The notes beneath the pieces were generated by a model, which saw only the letters and a list, made by a program, of their open reading frames with translations, made no database searches and was not told where the DNA came from. The translations under genes were made by a program, and so were the position numbers. Shown in pieces: positions 17,294 to 26,123 of a DNA stretch of 31,690 nt. The stretch comes from a bacterium (GTDB lineage Bacteria; JAMCPX01): NCBI GenBank assembly GCA_027364825.1, contig DAHXOM010000283.1, positions 1 to 31,690 of the forward strand. Direction: 5' to 3'. Each line of letters begins with the position of its first letter. The stretch's first letter is position 1.

Positions 17294-18129
17294 TTGAACA
17301 ACTCCTCCACAAAGGTGCCCTTGTCGAATATCATAAAGTCATCCATGGACTCGCCGGTGCCGAGGGCTACGACCGGGATCCTGAGCTCGTCACAAATTGT
17401 AAAGATGATGCCGCCCTTTGCAGTTCCGTCGAGTTTTGTAATAATAATACCGTCAATCCCGATATTTTCATTGAAAAGCTTTGCCTGCTGGAATGAGTTT
17501 TTACCGATGGTGGCGTCTATGATCAGGTATGTGGCCATCCTGTCACCGGCCATCGCTTTGGTCATAACCGATTTGATCTTTTTAAGCTCATGCACGAGGT
17601 TTACATTGGTGTGGAGCCTGCCTGCGGTATCACCGATAACAACGTCCCTTGACCGGTGCTTGTATGCCGTGACCGCATCGTGTATCACGGATGCAGGATC
17701 GACCCCGGGCATTGCCTTTACGATATCCATGCCGACCCTCCCCGACAGTATGGCAAGCTGTTCTATGGCAGCAGCCCTGTACGTGTCCCCTGCCCCTGTA
17801 ATAACACTGTATCCATGATCAACGTACCATTTCCCGAGCTTTGCTATGGTCGTTGTTTTGCCGGAACCGTTAATGCCGATCATAAGGATACCGCACTTCG
17901 GCTCAATCAGCGGGGCGGAAACAAGGATTTGCTTCATCCTGTCTTTGAGAGCATCTACCGGCGTCCTGCCGGGCGTTTCCCTCCCACCGATCAATCTCTC
18001 GGCAATACTGAAACTCATATCAAGAGACAGCAGCTCATCGGTATAATGTTCCCTGTCGATGAGAGCCGTACCGGACTTGCCTGATAATGTCGTAAAAAGG
18101 GAAGATAATCTCGAAAAAAAGCCCTGCAT
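17290..18129 (-). CDS. ftsY: Signal recognition particle receptor FtsY (short form without acidic domain)
   Basis: GINGSGKTTTIAKL, DTYRAAAIEQL, DPASV, DTAGRLHT, TKLDGTAKGG, GTGE. No M domain. Confidence 0.93.
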   Translation of the reverse strand: MQGFFSRLSSLFTTLSGKSGTALIDREHYTDELLSLDMSFSIAERLIGGRETPGRTPVDALKDRMKQILVSAPLIEPKCGILMIGINGSGKTTTIAKLGKWYVDHGYSVITGAGDTYRAAAIEQLAILSGRVGMDIVKAMPGVDPASVIHDAVTAYKHRSRDVVIGDTAGRLHTNVNLVHELKKIKSVMTKAMAGDRMATYLIIDATIGKNSFQQAKLFNENIGIDGIIITKLDGTAKGGIIFTICDELRIPVVALGTGESMDDFMIFDKGTFVEELFK

Positions 18130-18135
18130 GGGTAT

Positions 18136-18474
18136 TCAGATCGAGCCTTTTATGAAATTGATAAGTTCCTGGATCCTGAATTTATTGATAATCGCATGGT
18201 ATGGCGACCTGTACAGGACGAGCAAAAAATATTCTTTTGTCAGCCGGTACATCCCGAGGACATACGGCTCCATCGTGACAAACAGGGAACGGGGTTGTTC
18301 ATCGAAACCGTTGATCGTGTTAAACAATATGCTGAAATGCGCACCAATGACTTTCAACTCGTACTCCGCAACCGACCCGACAAAATCTATAGCCTCCCCT
18401 TCCGAATCCACAAATATAACCCCTTCAACCCCGCTCGAAAAGCTGACGAATTTTTGCAGGGCGTCCCGGTACAT
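18136..18474 (-). CDS. Roadblock/LC7 (MglB/MglC-like) fold protein
   Basis: 112 aa with helix-GVEGVIFVDSEGEAI-helix-beta strands (RLTKEYFLLVL)-helix pattern, resembling MglC-like Roadblock proteins. Coupled to smc (1-nt gap) and ftsY (6-nt gap). Confidence 0.62.
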   Translation of the reverse strand: MYRDALQKFVSFSSGVEGVIFVDSEGEAIDFVGSVAEYELKVIGAHFSILFNTINGFDEQPRSLFVTMEPYVLGMYRLTKEYFLLVLYRSPYHAIINKFRIQELINFIKGSI

Positions 18475-18475
18475 T

Positions 18476-21400
18476 CTATACGGCTTCTTTCTGTAGTTTC
18501 ACGGAAATGATCTTCGAAACCCCGGGTTCTTCCATGGTTATTCCATAGATAACATCGGCTATTTCTATTGTCCTCTTATTGTGTGTTATGAGCAGAAACT
18601 GGCTCTTCGTCGAAAGCTCTTTTATTACATTGTTGAGCTTCCCGACACTCGCGTCGTCGAGAGGTGCATCGATTTCATCAAGCAATGCAAAGGGGCTTGG
18701 TTTGACCATAAACACGGATATGAGCAGTGCTATGGCTGACAGGGCTTTTTCTCCTCCGGACAGCAGGTTTATGTTCTGTAACCTCTTTCCCAGGGGCTGG
18801 ATAACGATCTCCATACCGCTCTCGAGCAGGTCCTGTTCGTCCGTCAGGATGAGCTCCCCTTTCCCGCCGTCGAAAAGCTTCGGTATGACTTTCTTAAAAT
18901 TCTCGTTCACCATGTCGAAAATTTCCCTGAATAATTTTCTCGATTCCTTATTGATTGAATTGATAACCTTTTTAAGGTTGTCGATGGCCTGTTCAAGGTC
19001 CTGCTTATGTTTCTCATAAAATTCAACCCTCTTCTGCAGTTCTTCGTATTCGGCTATGGCGCCGACATTGACGTCACCCATTTTTGCTATTTTTTCTGAA
19101 AGTAAGGAAATCCTGTCCTTCCCTGCCTGGATATCGTCCTTTTCTACCGGCGCTCCATCATACTGTTCGAGTTCCACGCCGTATTTGTCCCGTGCCGTAT
19201 CCCTTGTATAATCGGTCTTCATGGTCAGCTGCGATACCTCTATGGCCAGGGAAGATTCTGCTGCTTTGATCGAGCTTATATCTTTTTCGAGCTGTTTTAT
19301 TTCCTGTTCTATGTCCGTATATTCCTTAAATTCCCTGTCATAAGAAGTCCTGGCGTCCACAATCGTATTCTGTCTCTGCTGAATATCCTGGTTCATCCCG
19401 GCAAGCTTTCCGGCTGCGGATATAGCATCCTGATCCATGGTTTCGAGCCTCTTGCTGTTGTTCGAAGCCTCCTGCTTCAACGATGCCAGTTTTCTGTTTA
19501 TATCCTCTTGCTCGGTCTTGATCCTCTTTACCTCGGCATACTTTGCATTGAGCCTCTCTTTAAACGCAGCCAGGTTAGCATTACTTTCGGATATAGAATC
19601 CTTTTTATGCTCCAGCACTGATTCAAGTTCTGCCAGCGTATTCCGCAGGCTGTCCGCAATATTTGCCTTTGCTCCTTTATCCTCTTCGTAGATCGCCTTC
19701 TTCTGTTTCAGATCGCTCACTTCTTCCAGAAGCTCGGAGGTGTTTACCTTGATTTCTTCCTCTTCCATATGGAGCGTCATCAGGGAACTCTCATAATTGT
19801 TCAGCTGGTCATCCAGACTCATGAGCTTTGCTTTTATGCTTGACTGCTGCTTCTCGATGTCCTGTCTCAGCCTTTCCTGCTCGGCAAGCTCAGAGCGGAA
19901 TCCGGCTATCCCGGCTGATAGTTTTGCCCTGTCATCCTCATAACGGCTGAGCGTACCGGTCATATCATCGAGTTCTCTTTTTAATCTCTCCAGCTCGCTC
20001 CTTCTGTCCAGTATGCCTCCTTTAATAGTTCCCTCCGAGCCGCCGGACACAATACCGGGTTTGACAACATCGCCCGACATGGTAACAGCGGTTGCACCCT
20101 GCCCGGCTACGTCATATGCCTCCGGCAGAGACGACACGATATAGACGTCATTGAACAGCACCTGGAACACGGGTAATACTTCGGTGTCCTTGACCTCAAT
20201 GATATCAAGCAGGGATATAAGCCCTTCCTTGCGACCGGTTTGTGCGGATTTGAAGTATGACTTTATTATAAAAACCGCCCTTCCTTTGTCCTGTTTCCGG
20301 AGCACATCAATCACACTGCCTGCTGTACCGTGATCCTGAACGACCATAGCCTGGACAATATCACCGAGTACCGCCTGAACTGCAAGTTCATATCCGGGTT
20401 TCACCTTGATATAATCGGCTACAACCTTGCTGATATTGAATTGTTCCGATTGTTTCATGACATACCGTGTGCCTTCGGAATAACCGTCCATGTTCTTTCT
20501 CAGGTCCTCCAGCGTACTATACCGGGAACGCACACCTTCGTGCATCTTTTTTGTTTGTTCTATACGATCCGCTAATTTTCCGGATTCTTCATCCAGCACC
20601 ATGGACTGTTTATTGAAAGATGCTGCCTTCTCTTCAAGGGCGGCAATTTGAGCGGCGTTTTCCTTTTCCTGTTTTTCAAGATCTGTCTTTTCGCCTTTCA
20701 GAGCGTTTATCTTCAGCTCAATCGCGGTCCTGTCATGCTGTATTTTTTCGAGCCGGTGTGTTATATTTTCGAAATCATGTTCCGCGGATATTATCTGGTT
20801 CTCCAGCTCCGTGATCTTTTTGATCCTGTTGAATTCGTTGTTCCTCTCTTCTTCTATCTTTTCCTTTATTGCATTGATCTGTTCTCCAAGATCATTTTTT
20901 TCCTGCTCATAGAGCTTCTGTGTTTCAACGATCGTATTCAGGCCTTTCTTCTCTTCCTCTAATTTTTCCTCCAGCACCTTGAGCTGCTCGCCGCAAGATG
21001 CCTGCCCTCTTTTGAGTTCTTCTTCATTGCTCTTTATCCGTTCGTTTTCCCGTTGAAGTGTTTCTTTTAGTTTTTTTGACGATTCGATCTTTTCCTGCAG
21101 CACCATTGCTTCTGAGGTTAACGCATTGATCCTGTTCTGCTTCTCGGATATATCGGCAGCCTGAGCATCCAGCCTTTCCTTGAACCTCTGGTGGTCCGTG
21201 TACCTCGCCGATGCCTGGGACATCACTTTTGCCAGATCGAATCTCGTACTCTCGAGGCGTCCTTTTTTGTCCTCAAGCTGGACAACAAAATCGGAAAACT
21301 CCGTTTTGAACAGGCCCAATTCGAGTGTCCTGTATTCATCTTTCAGCGTTTTATATTCCTGTGCCACTTTCACCTGCTTGTTGACCTGGTTCACCGACCG

Positions 21401-22006
21401 TTTGATCTCGGACAAAAGATCGGCAATACGCGCTATATTGGCCTTGGTCAATTCTATCTTATCGAGGGCGACCTTTTTCATGTTTTTATATTTCAGTATG
21501 CCGGCCGCGTCCTCTATGACATACCGCCGCATCTCCGGCTTGGCGTCTATGATCTCGCTTATCTGCCCCTGTTCTATGATTGAAAATGCCTTTGAGCTGA
21601 TGCTGATGTCCATGAGGAATTCCAGAATATCCTTCAGTCTCCTGGGGTCCTTATTCAGGTAATATTCGCTTTCTTCGCCCCGGTACATCCTCCTCGTGAC
21701 AGCCACCTCTGAAAAGGAATCATACGATGACGGAGTATTGGTCCCGTCGTTGGTGAAGGCAAGCGACACCTCGGCCATGCCGATAGATTTACGGTGTTCG
21801 GAGCCGTTGAAGATAAGATCGGACATCTGGTTTGCCCTGAGCTGTCTGGCACTCTGTTCGCCCATGCACCATTTTACAGCATCGACAATATTGCTTTTAC
21901 CGCTCCCGTTCGGACCGACGATGGCCACGATAGGATATTCAAAATTAAAGCTGACCGGTTCTACAAAGGTCTTAAATCCCTGTATCTCGAGTTTTTTTAA
22001 TTGTAT
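18476..22006 (-). CDS. smc: Chromosome segregation protein SMC; start codon non-canonical (ATA at 22006 proposed)
   Basis: The frame extends 26 codons upstream of the ORF-track start as IQLKKLEIQGFKTF. Walker A GPNGSGKS, Q-loop IIEQG, coiled coils, hinge, LSGGE, LLDEIDAPLD, ITH. Confidence 0.96.
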   Translation of the reverse strand: MQLKKLEIQGFKTFVEPVSFNFEYPIVAIVGPNGSGKSNIVDAVKWCMGEQSARQLRANQMSDLIFNGSEHRKSIGMAEVSLAFTNDGTNTPSSYDSFSEVAVTRRMYRGEESEYYLNKDPRRLKDILEFLMDISISSKAFSIIEQGQISEIIDAKPEMRRYVIEDAAGILKYKNMKKVALDKIELTKANIARIADLLSEIKRSVNQVNKQVKVAQEYKTLKDEYRTLELGLFKTEFSDFVVQLEDKKGRLESTRFDLAKVMSQASARYTDHQRFKERLDAQAADISEKQNRINALTSEAMVLQEKIESSKKLKETLQRENERIKSNEEELKRGQASCGEQLKVLEEKLEEEKKGLNTIVETQKLYEQEKNDLGEQINAIKEKIEEERNNEFNRIKKITELENQIISAEHDFENITHRLEKIQHDRTAIELKINALKGEKTDLEKQEKENAAQIAALEEKAASFNKQSMVLDEESGKLADRIEQTKKMHEGVRSRYSTLEDLRKNMDGYSEGTRYVMKQSEQFNISKVVADYIKVKPGYELAVQAVLGDIVQAMVVQDHGTAGSVIDVLRKQDKGRAVFIIKSYFKSAQTGRKEGLISLLDIIEVKDTEVLPVFQVLFNDVYIVSSLPEAYDVAGQGATAVTMSGDVVKPGIVSGGSEGTIKGGILDRRSELERLKRELDDMTGTLSRYEDDRAKLSAGIAGFRSELAEQERLRQDIEKQQSSIKAKLMSLDDQLNNYESSLMTLHMEEEEIKVNTSELLEEVSDLKQKKAIYEEDKGAKANIADSLRNTLAELESVLEHKKDSISESNANLAAFKERLNAKYAEVKRIKTEQEDINRKLASLKQEASNNSKRLETMDQDAISAAGKLAGMNQDIQQRQNTIVDARTSYDREFKEYTDIEQEIKQLEKDISSIKAAESSLAIEVSQLTMKTDYTRDTARDKYGVELEQYDGAPVEKDDIQAGKDRISLLSEKIAKMGDVNVGAIAEYEELQKRVEFYEKHKQDLEQAIDNLKKVINSINKESRKLFREIFDMVNENFKKVIPKLFDGGKGELILTDEQDLLESGMEIVIQPLGKRLQNINLLSGGEKALSAIALLISVFMVKPSPFALLDEIDAPLDDASVGKLNNVIKELSTKSQFLLITHNKRTIEIADVIYGITMEEPGVSKIISVKLQKEAV

Positions 22007-22020
22007 TTATATCATCCAAT

Positions 22021-25000
22021 CTACATTAAGTTCCTTAATTTATTTTTTGCTATAGTTTCCATATCGCTGGAAAGGCCGAGACTAATTGCCTTGAGGAGCG
22101 CTGCCTTTGCCTGTTCAGGCTCGTTCAGGTTCGATAACATGATGCCCTCTTTATAAAATGCAGCCGCCGGATTCTTGCTGAACTTAGCCGCATATTTATA
22201 CTCTGTCAATGCCTTTTCATACATACCGTTGGATTCGTAAACCGTTCCGAGTGCGTAATATGCATCCCCCTCATCCGGGGTAATCTGTATTGCCTTTTCA
22301 TAGTACTGCTGGGCCTTATTCATATCACCGTTTTGATAAGAAATATTGCCGAGTCCCACCATTGCCTCTGAATAACGGGGTGAAAGGTCAAGGGCTGTCA
22401 GAAATTCCTTTTTAGCGTCCTCTATTTTGCCGATGTAATTATAAGCGACGCCGAGCCTGTAATGAATCTCGGGATTTTTCGGCGCTATCTTTAGTGCCCT
22501 CTCAAGATAATCAATAGCCGAGTATGTTTCCTTGTTGTTGTAATAGTATTTGGACAGGGCAAGCATGTAGTCCGGGTTATCCGGTGCATACTTCATGGCG
22601 TTCTTTAAATCGTTGATAGCCGCAAGGTCATTTTTGCCTGCGATATTGATAAGCCCCCTCTGGAAATAAGCATCGGCCATGGTGCCGTCTATATTTACCG
22701 CCTTGGTATACTCGTTAATGGCAAATTGGATATTCCCCATGTCCCTGTACACATTACCCAGTGCATAATGATACACGGCATCCACGGGGTTTATCTTGAC
22801 AGCGCTCTCAAGGGAAGAGACCGCGGATGTAAATACCTTGCCTGCTATGTACACATTCGCCAGCTTGTAAAAAACCCTTGCCTCGTACGGCTTCATAGCT
22901 ATGGAAGAATTATATGCCTTGATTGAATCACTGAGTCTGTGCTCGCCAAAATAAATATCACCGAGCACTTCATAGGCGTACGGCAGGGTATTATCGATTG
23001 ACAGGGCTTTTAAAGCATACTTTTCCGCCTGCGTATGTTTTGATTCCTTTTCGAGCATGTCGGCCATGTATGCATTATTGTCCGCAGAAACAGGGGATAT
23101 GCTCATTGCCGTATTCAACTGCCGGATCGCATTGTCATAATCACCCTCCTTCCCCAGTACCACGGCATATTCTGTATGAAGAGGAGCGTAAGAAGGGAAT
23201 TTGGCCACGGCGCCGGATAGGATTGCGGCGGCGTTTTTATAGTCTTTTTTCTTTCTGAGGAGCCTTCCGTTCAGGGTCATAAATGCCGGGTTATCGGGGG
23301 ACTGGTGAACGGCCGTTTCAATCGTGCGTAAAGCGGTGTCCAGCTCTCCGTTCCCTTCCCGTGCAAGGGCCATCCCGTAGAGGACATCGGGATTGTTCTT
23401 TTCCAGCTTCAGACATTCATTATAATAGGAAACAGCAAGTACATATTTTTTATCGAGATAGTATGCCTGGGCAAGTTTCAGGTTACCCTCGAGCGTTGTA
23501 CTGTCGGCTGCTATCGCCGCCTTATACTGGTTCTCGGCCTCGTTCATATTGCCGCTCTTCAGGTATGCATCACCGAGGGCTATATATGTCTTCACGGACT
23601 TGTTGTTCTGCAGGGAATTTTTAAACGCTTCAATGGCAGGAGGATAATTGCTGGTCTTCATCTGCAACTTTCCTATGGTATAAAAGAGGTTTGCCTTGTC
23701 ATACGTGTCCATGGTATTGCCGGCTTTATTTAAAACAGCATTCAGATCGGCTATTGCCTGCGTTGTACCGGTAACACTGCTTGCCTGTATATCGGCCTTG
23801 AGTGTTACTGCGGATATATTGTAAGGATAACCGGCAAGTACGGTATCCAGGATATCGACAGCACGGGATGGTTCCTGCTGCCGATATATGCGCGCAAGCA
23901 GAAGCTTCGCCTTGACCATATCAGGTTCGAGTGAAGCCGCCTGTGTAAGGAGTGATGCTGCCTGGGTCATGGATTGACCCTGTTTAAAATCTATATATCC
24001 CCGGTAATATAACGCCTCGGGCAGGGAAGGAGACTTCTGTAACGCCGTGTCGATCTCCCGGGACGCCTGTTGATAATCATTGTTTGCTATGTTTATCATT
24101 GCTTCAGTCAGGTTGTACTGGGCATTATCCTTCAGCATTTCTTTCAGCCTTGCAAGGAACTTACCGCTGTTTTTCAGCTGATCCTGCAGATTATTCCGTT
24201 CTTTGAGCACGGCATAGTCCTTTGCTATACCGATATACGCCTGAACCAGATGGTGGTCCGCGGCAACAGCCTCCTCATAAAGGTTCAATGAACTCTCATA
24301 ACCGCTGATAGTACCATTTAAATACTGTTTATCCGCTTCACTGAGCAGCTGTTCTGCCCGCGCCTTTGCTTTGGCAGAAGCAGGGATTACACTATAACTC
24401 ACGAACGTTAATTTTTTGAAATCAGGATGTGCAGGGGTGTACTCGACAAGATAATAATAAACACCCATAAGGGCCGCAAGGACTATGACGATGCCTGCGG
24501 CCGATGCAAGAAGCAGTTTTGACAGGTGCTTTTTCTCAGCTACTGCCTTTTGCCGTGCTGCTGTATCTTGTGTTACCGGTAGGGATTCCGGTACGGCAAC
24601 GGTATGCTCATCCAGCAGAGAACTTTCATCCTCAGATGCCGATGGGACATTCTTTGACTGGACCTGCTTTGTATCCGCCAATTCCGGTATGTTTTCTTCC
24701 TCCATCGGTACGGTTTCCTCCGGCAGTACACCTCCTTCAGCGTTATCCCCGGCCTTTCCTGCGGGCGATTCTTCAAGCGAGGTTGACTCAAGCCAGCTGG
24801 TGTCGGCCTCACCTCTTCCTTTTGAACCTCCGCTTTGTTCCGGTGCTGTTGTACCTTCGCCTTTAATGTCGTCCATGGTGAATTCTTCGAAACCCTCTAT
24901 AACATCCCCTTCTTTATTAAGTTCTTCATTGGCCGGTGCCTTTTCGGTTGGTTTTGCAGCTGCTTCCGCCTTGCCGCCATCCAAGAAATCACTTTCAGGA

Positions 25001-25473
25001 ATGGTTTCCCCGGCATGAACATCTGCCGGCTGTTTTTCTTTATCCTGCTTCATTTCAAGAGAAGCAAAAATGTCCTCCAGGTCTGCTTTCCCTTCCCCGG
25101 ATTTCGTGCTGTCCGGAATTGTATTGTCCGGTGCTGTAGCGGCCGGTTCTGCGGGCTCAAGGGACTGTTCCTCATCTGCAGGGTTGTCCGCGGCTTTGTC
25201 CACAGAGCTGTCGATGGCACTGTCGAGAGCGTTATCGATGGCACTGTCGATGGTATTATCCGTATCGGTACCCTGCCCGCCTTGCGGAACAGCTTGTTCC
25301 TGATCATTCGGTAGTCCCTGCTCCTTGTCGTGCTCCCTGACATCCGCATCAGCCGGTAGTGCTACCTTATTCTCCTGTCCGCACTTCTTGCAGATAAATT
25401 TATAATCCTGATTTTTAAGCTGGGCCTCTGTAAACATGTACATGGTCTGACATTTTTCACACCTTAAAATCAT
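22021..25473 (-). CDS. Bitopic membrane protein: N-terminal zinc ribbon (MJ0042/GltJ-type), acidic linker, one transmembrane helix, long TPR array
   Basis: CEKC...CKKC, about 290 aa of D/E/P/A-rich linker, hydrophobic LLLASAAGIVIVLAALMGVYYYLV, then about 20 TPR-like units (for example AYFQRGLINI, IHYRLGVAY, AYYALGTVY). Confidence 0.88.
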   Translation of the reverse strand: MILRCEKCQTMYMFTEAQLKNQDYKFICKKCGQENKVALPADADVREHDKEQGLPNDQEQAVPQGGQGTDTDNTIDSAIDNALDSAIDSSVDKAADNPADEEQSLEPAEPAATAPDNTIPDSTKSGEGKADLEDIFASLEMKQDKEKQPADVHAGETIPESDFLDGGKAEAAAKPTEKAPANEELNKEGDVIEGFEEFTMDDIKGEGTTAPEQSGGSKGRGEADTSWLESTSLEESPAGKAGDNAEGGVLPEETVPMEEENIPELADTKQVQSKNVPSASEDESSLLDEHTVAVPESLPVTQDTAARQKAVAEKKHLSKLLLASAAGIVIVLAALMGVYYYLVEYTPAHPDFKKLTFVSYSVIPASAKAKARAEQLLSEADKQYLNGTISGYESSLNLYEEAVAADHHLVQAYIGIAKDYAVLKERNNLQDQLKNSGKFLARLKEMLKDNAQYNLTEAMINIANNDYQQASREIDTALQKSPSLPEALYYRGYIDFKQGQSMTQAASLLTQAASLEPDMVKAKLLLARIYRQQEPSRAVDILDTVLAGYPYNISAVTLKADIQASSVTGTTQAIADLNAVLNKAGNTMDTYDKANLFYTIGKLQMKTSNYPPAIEAFKNSLQNNKSVKTYIALGDAYLKSGNMNEAENQYKAAIAADSTTLEGNLKLAQAYYLDKKYVLAVSYYNECLKLEKNNPDVLYGMALAREGNGELDTALRTIETAVHQSPDNPAFMTLNGRLLRKKKDYKNAAAILSGAVAKFPSYAPLHTEYAVVLGKEGDYDNAIRQLNTAMSISPVSADNNAYMADMLEKESKHTQAEKYALKALSIDNTLPYAYEVLGDIYFGEHRLSDSIKAYNSSIAMKPYEARVFYKLANVYIAGKVFTSAVSSLESAVKINPVDAVYHYALGNVYRDMGNIQFAINEYTKAVNIDGTMADAYFQRGLINIAGKNDLAAINDLKNAMKYAPDNPDYMLALSKYYYNNKETYSAIDYLERALKIAPKNPEIHYRLGVAYNYIGKIEDAKKEFLTALDLSPRYSEAMVGLGNISYQNGDMNKAQQYYEKAIQITPDEGDAYYALGTVYESNGMYEKALTEYKYAAKFSKNPAAAFYKEGIMLSNLNEPEQAKAALLKAISLGLSSDMETIAKNKLRNLM
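25210..25260. repeat. Imperfect 12-bp tandem repeat within the acidic linker
   Basis: GTCGATGGCACT GTCGAGAGCGTT ATCGATGGCACT GTCGATGGTATT, encoding DNTI-DSAI-DNAL-DSAI on the minus strand. Confidence 0.65.
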
Positions 25474-26123
25474 AGGTTCTCCCTGTTTGCGATTTTTTTA
25501 GAATTTGCGATCATTTCCCTAAAATCTTTTTCCCGAAGTCCTGCACCTTTGGCGATATTCAATGCATGCGCATCATCCATAAGGTCTCTGTCCGCATGTG
25601 CATCAGAGTCAAATACGAGTCCTGCCCCTGTTTTTTTCGCTATCATCGCAACATAACCATTCGTAAAACTATGACCGCCCCTGCCGCTTATTTCAAGGTA
25701 AACATGCTTTTTTGCGGCAAGCTCGGCCTCTTTTATGCTGATAAAGCCCGGGTGGGCTATTATATCCGCCCCGCCTTCGATGCCCGCAAGGTTCGTCCTC
25801 GGTTCAACCGGTTCCACGATTGTTTCACCATGGATAACGACAACCGCGGCACCTGCCTTCCTCGACAGCTCTATCAGCCTCGGTATATCAAAAGGAGGGA
25901 CATGCGTGATCTCGACACCGGCCAGGACATTGATACCGTTTTTCTTTTCCGAAAACTCCACAGCAGCGGCCTTGATATGTTCTATAACAAAAAGGTAGTT
26001 GGAAAAGTCGACATGATCCGTGATCGCGATAACGTTAATGCCGATTACCCTTGCCCTTTGTATGAGCTCCGAAGGCAGCAGCTCTCCGTCGCTGAATAAA
26101 GAATGTGTATGAAGATCTATCAT
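25470..26123 (-). CDS. PHP-domain phosphoesterase (histidinol-phosphate-phosphatase-like family)
   Basis: IDLHTHSLFSDG, AITDH, GVEITH, IHGET, AHPG and DSDAH; metal ligands intact. Confidence 0.88.
   Translation of the reverse strand: MIDLHTHSLFSDGELLPSELIQRARVIGINVIAITDHVDFSNYLFVIEHIKAAAVEFSEKKNGINVLAGVEITHVPPFDIPRLIELSRKAGAAVVVIHGETIVEPVEPRTNLAGIEGGADIIAHPGFISIKEAELAAKKHVYLEISGRGGHSFTNGYVAMIAKKTGAGLVFDSDAHADRDLMDDAHALNIAKGAGLREKDFREMIANSKKIANRENL

Noticed and set aside
17290-18129. Ffh or FlhF instead of FtsY
   Set aside because: There is no C-terminal M domain and no long basic N-terminal domain; TKLDGTAKGG and the position after smc favour FtsY.
18476-22006. SMC-like defence system (Wadjet/MksBEF) or smc pseudogene
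   Set aside because: It is a canonical hinge-containing SMC with all ATPase motifs intact, next to ftsY, with no JetABD/MksEFG neighbours. The only anomaly is the start codon.
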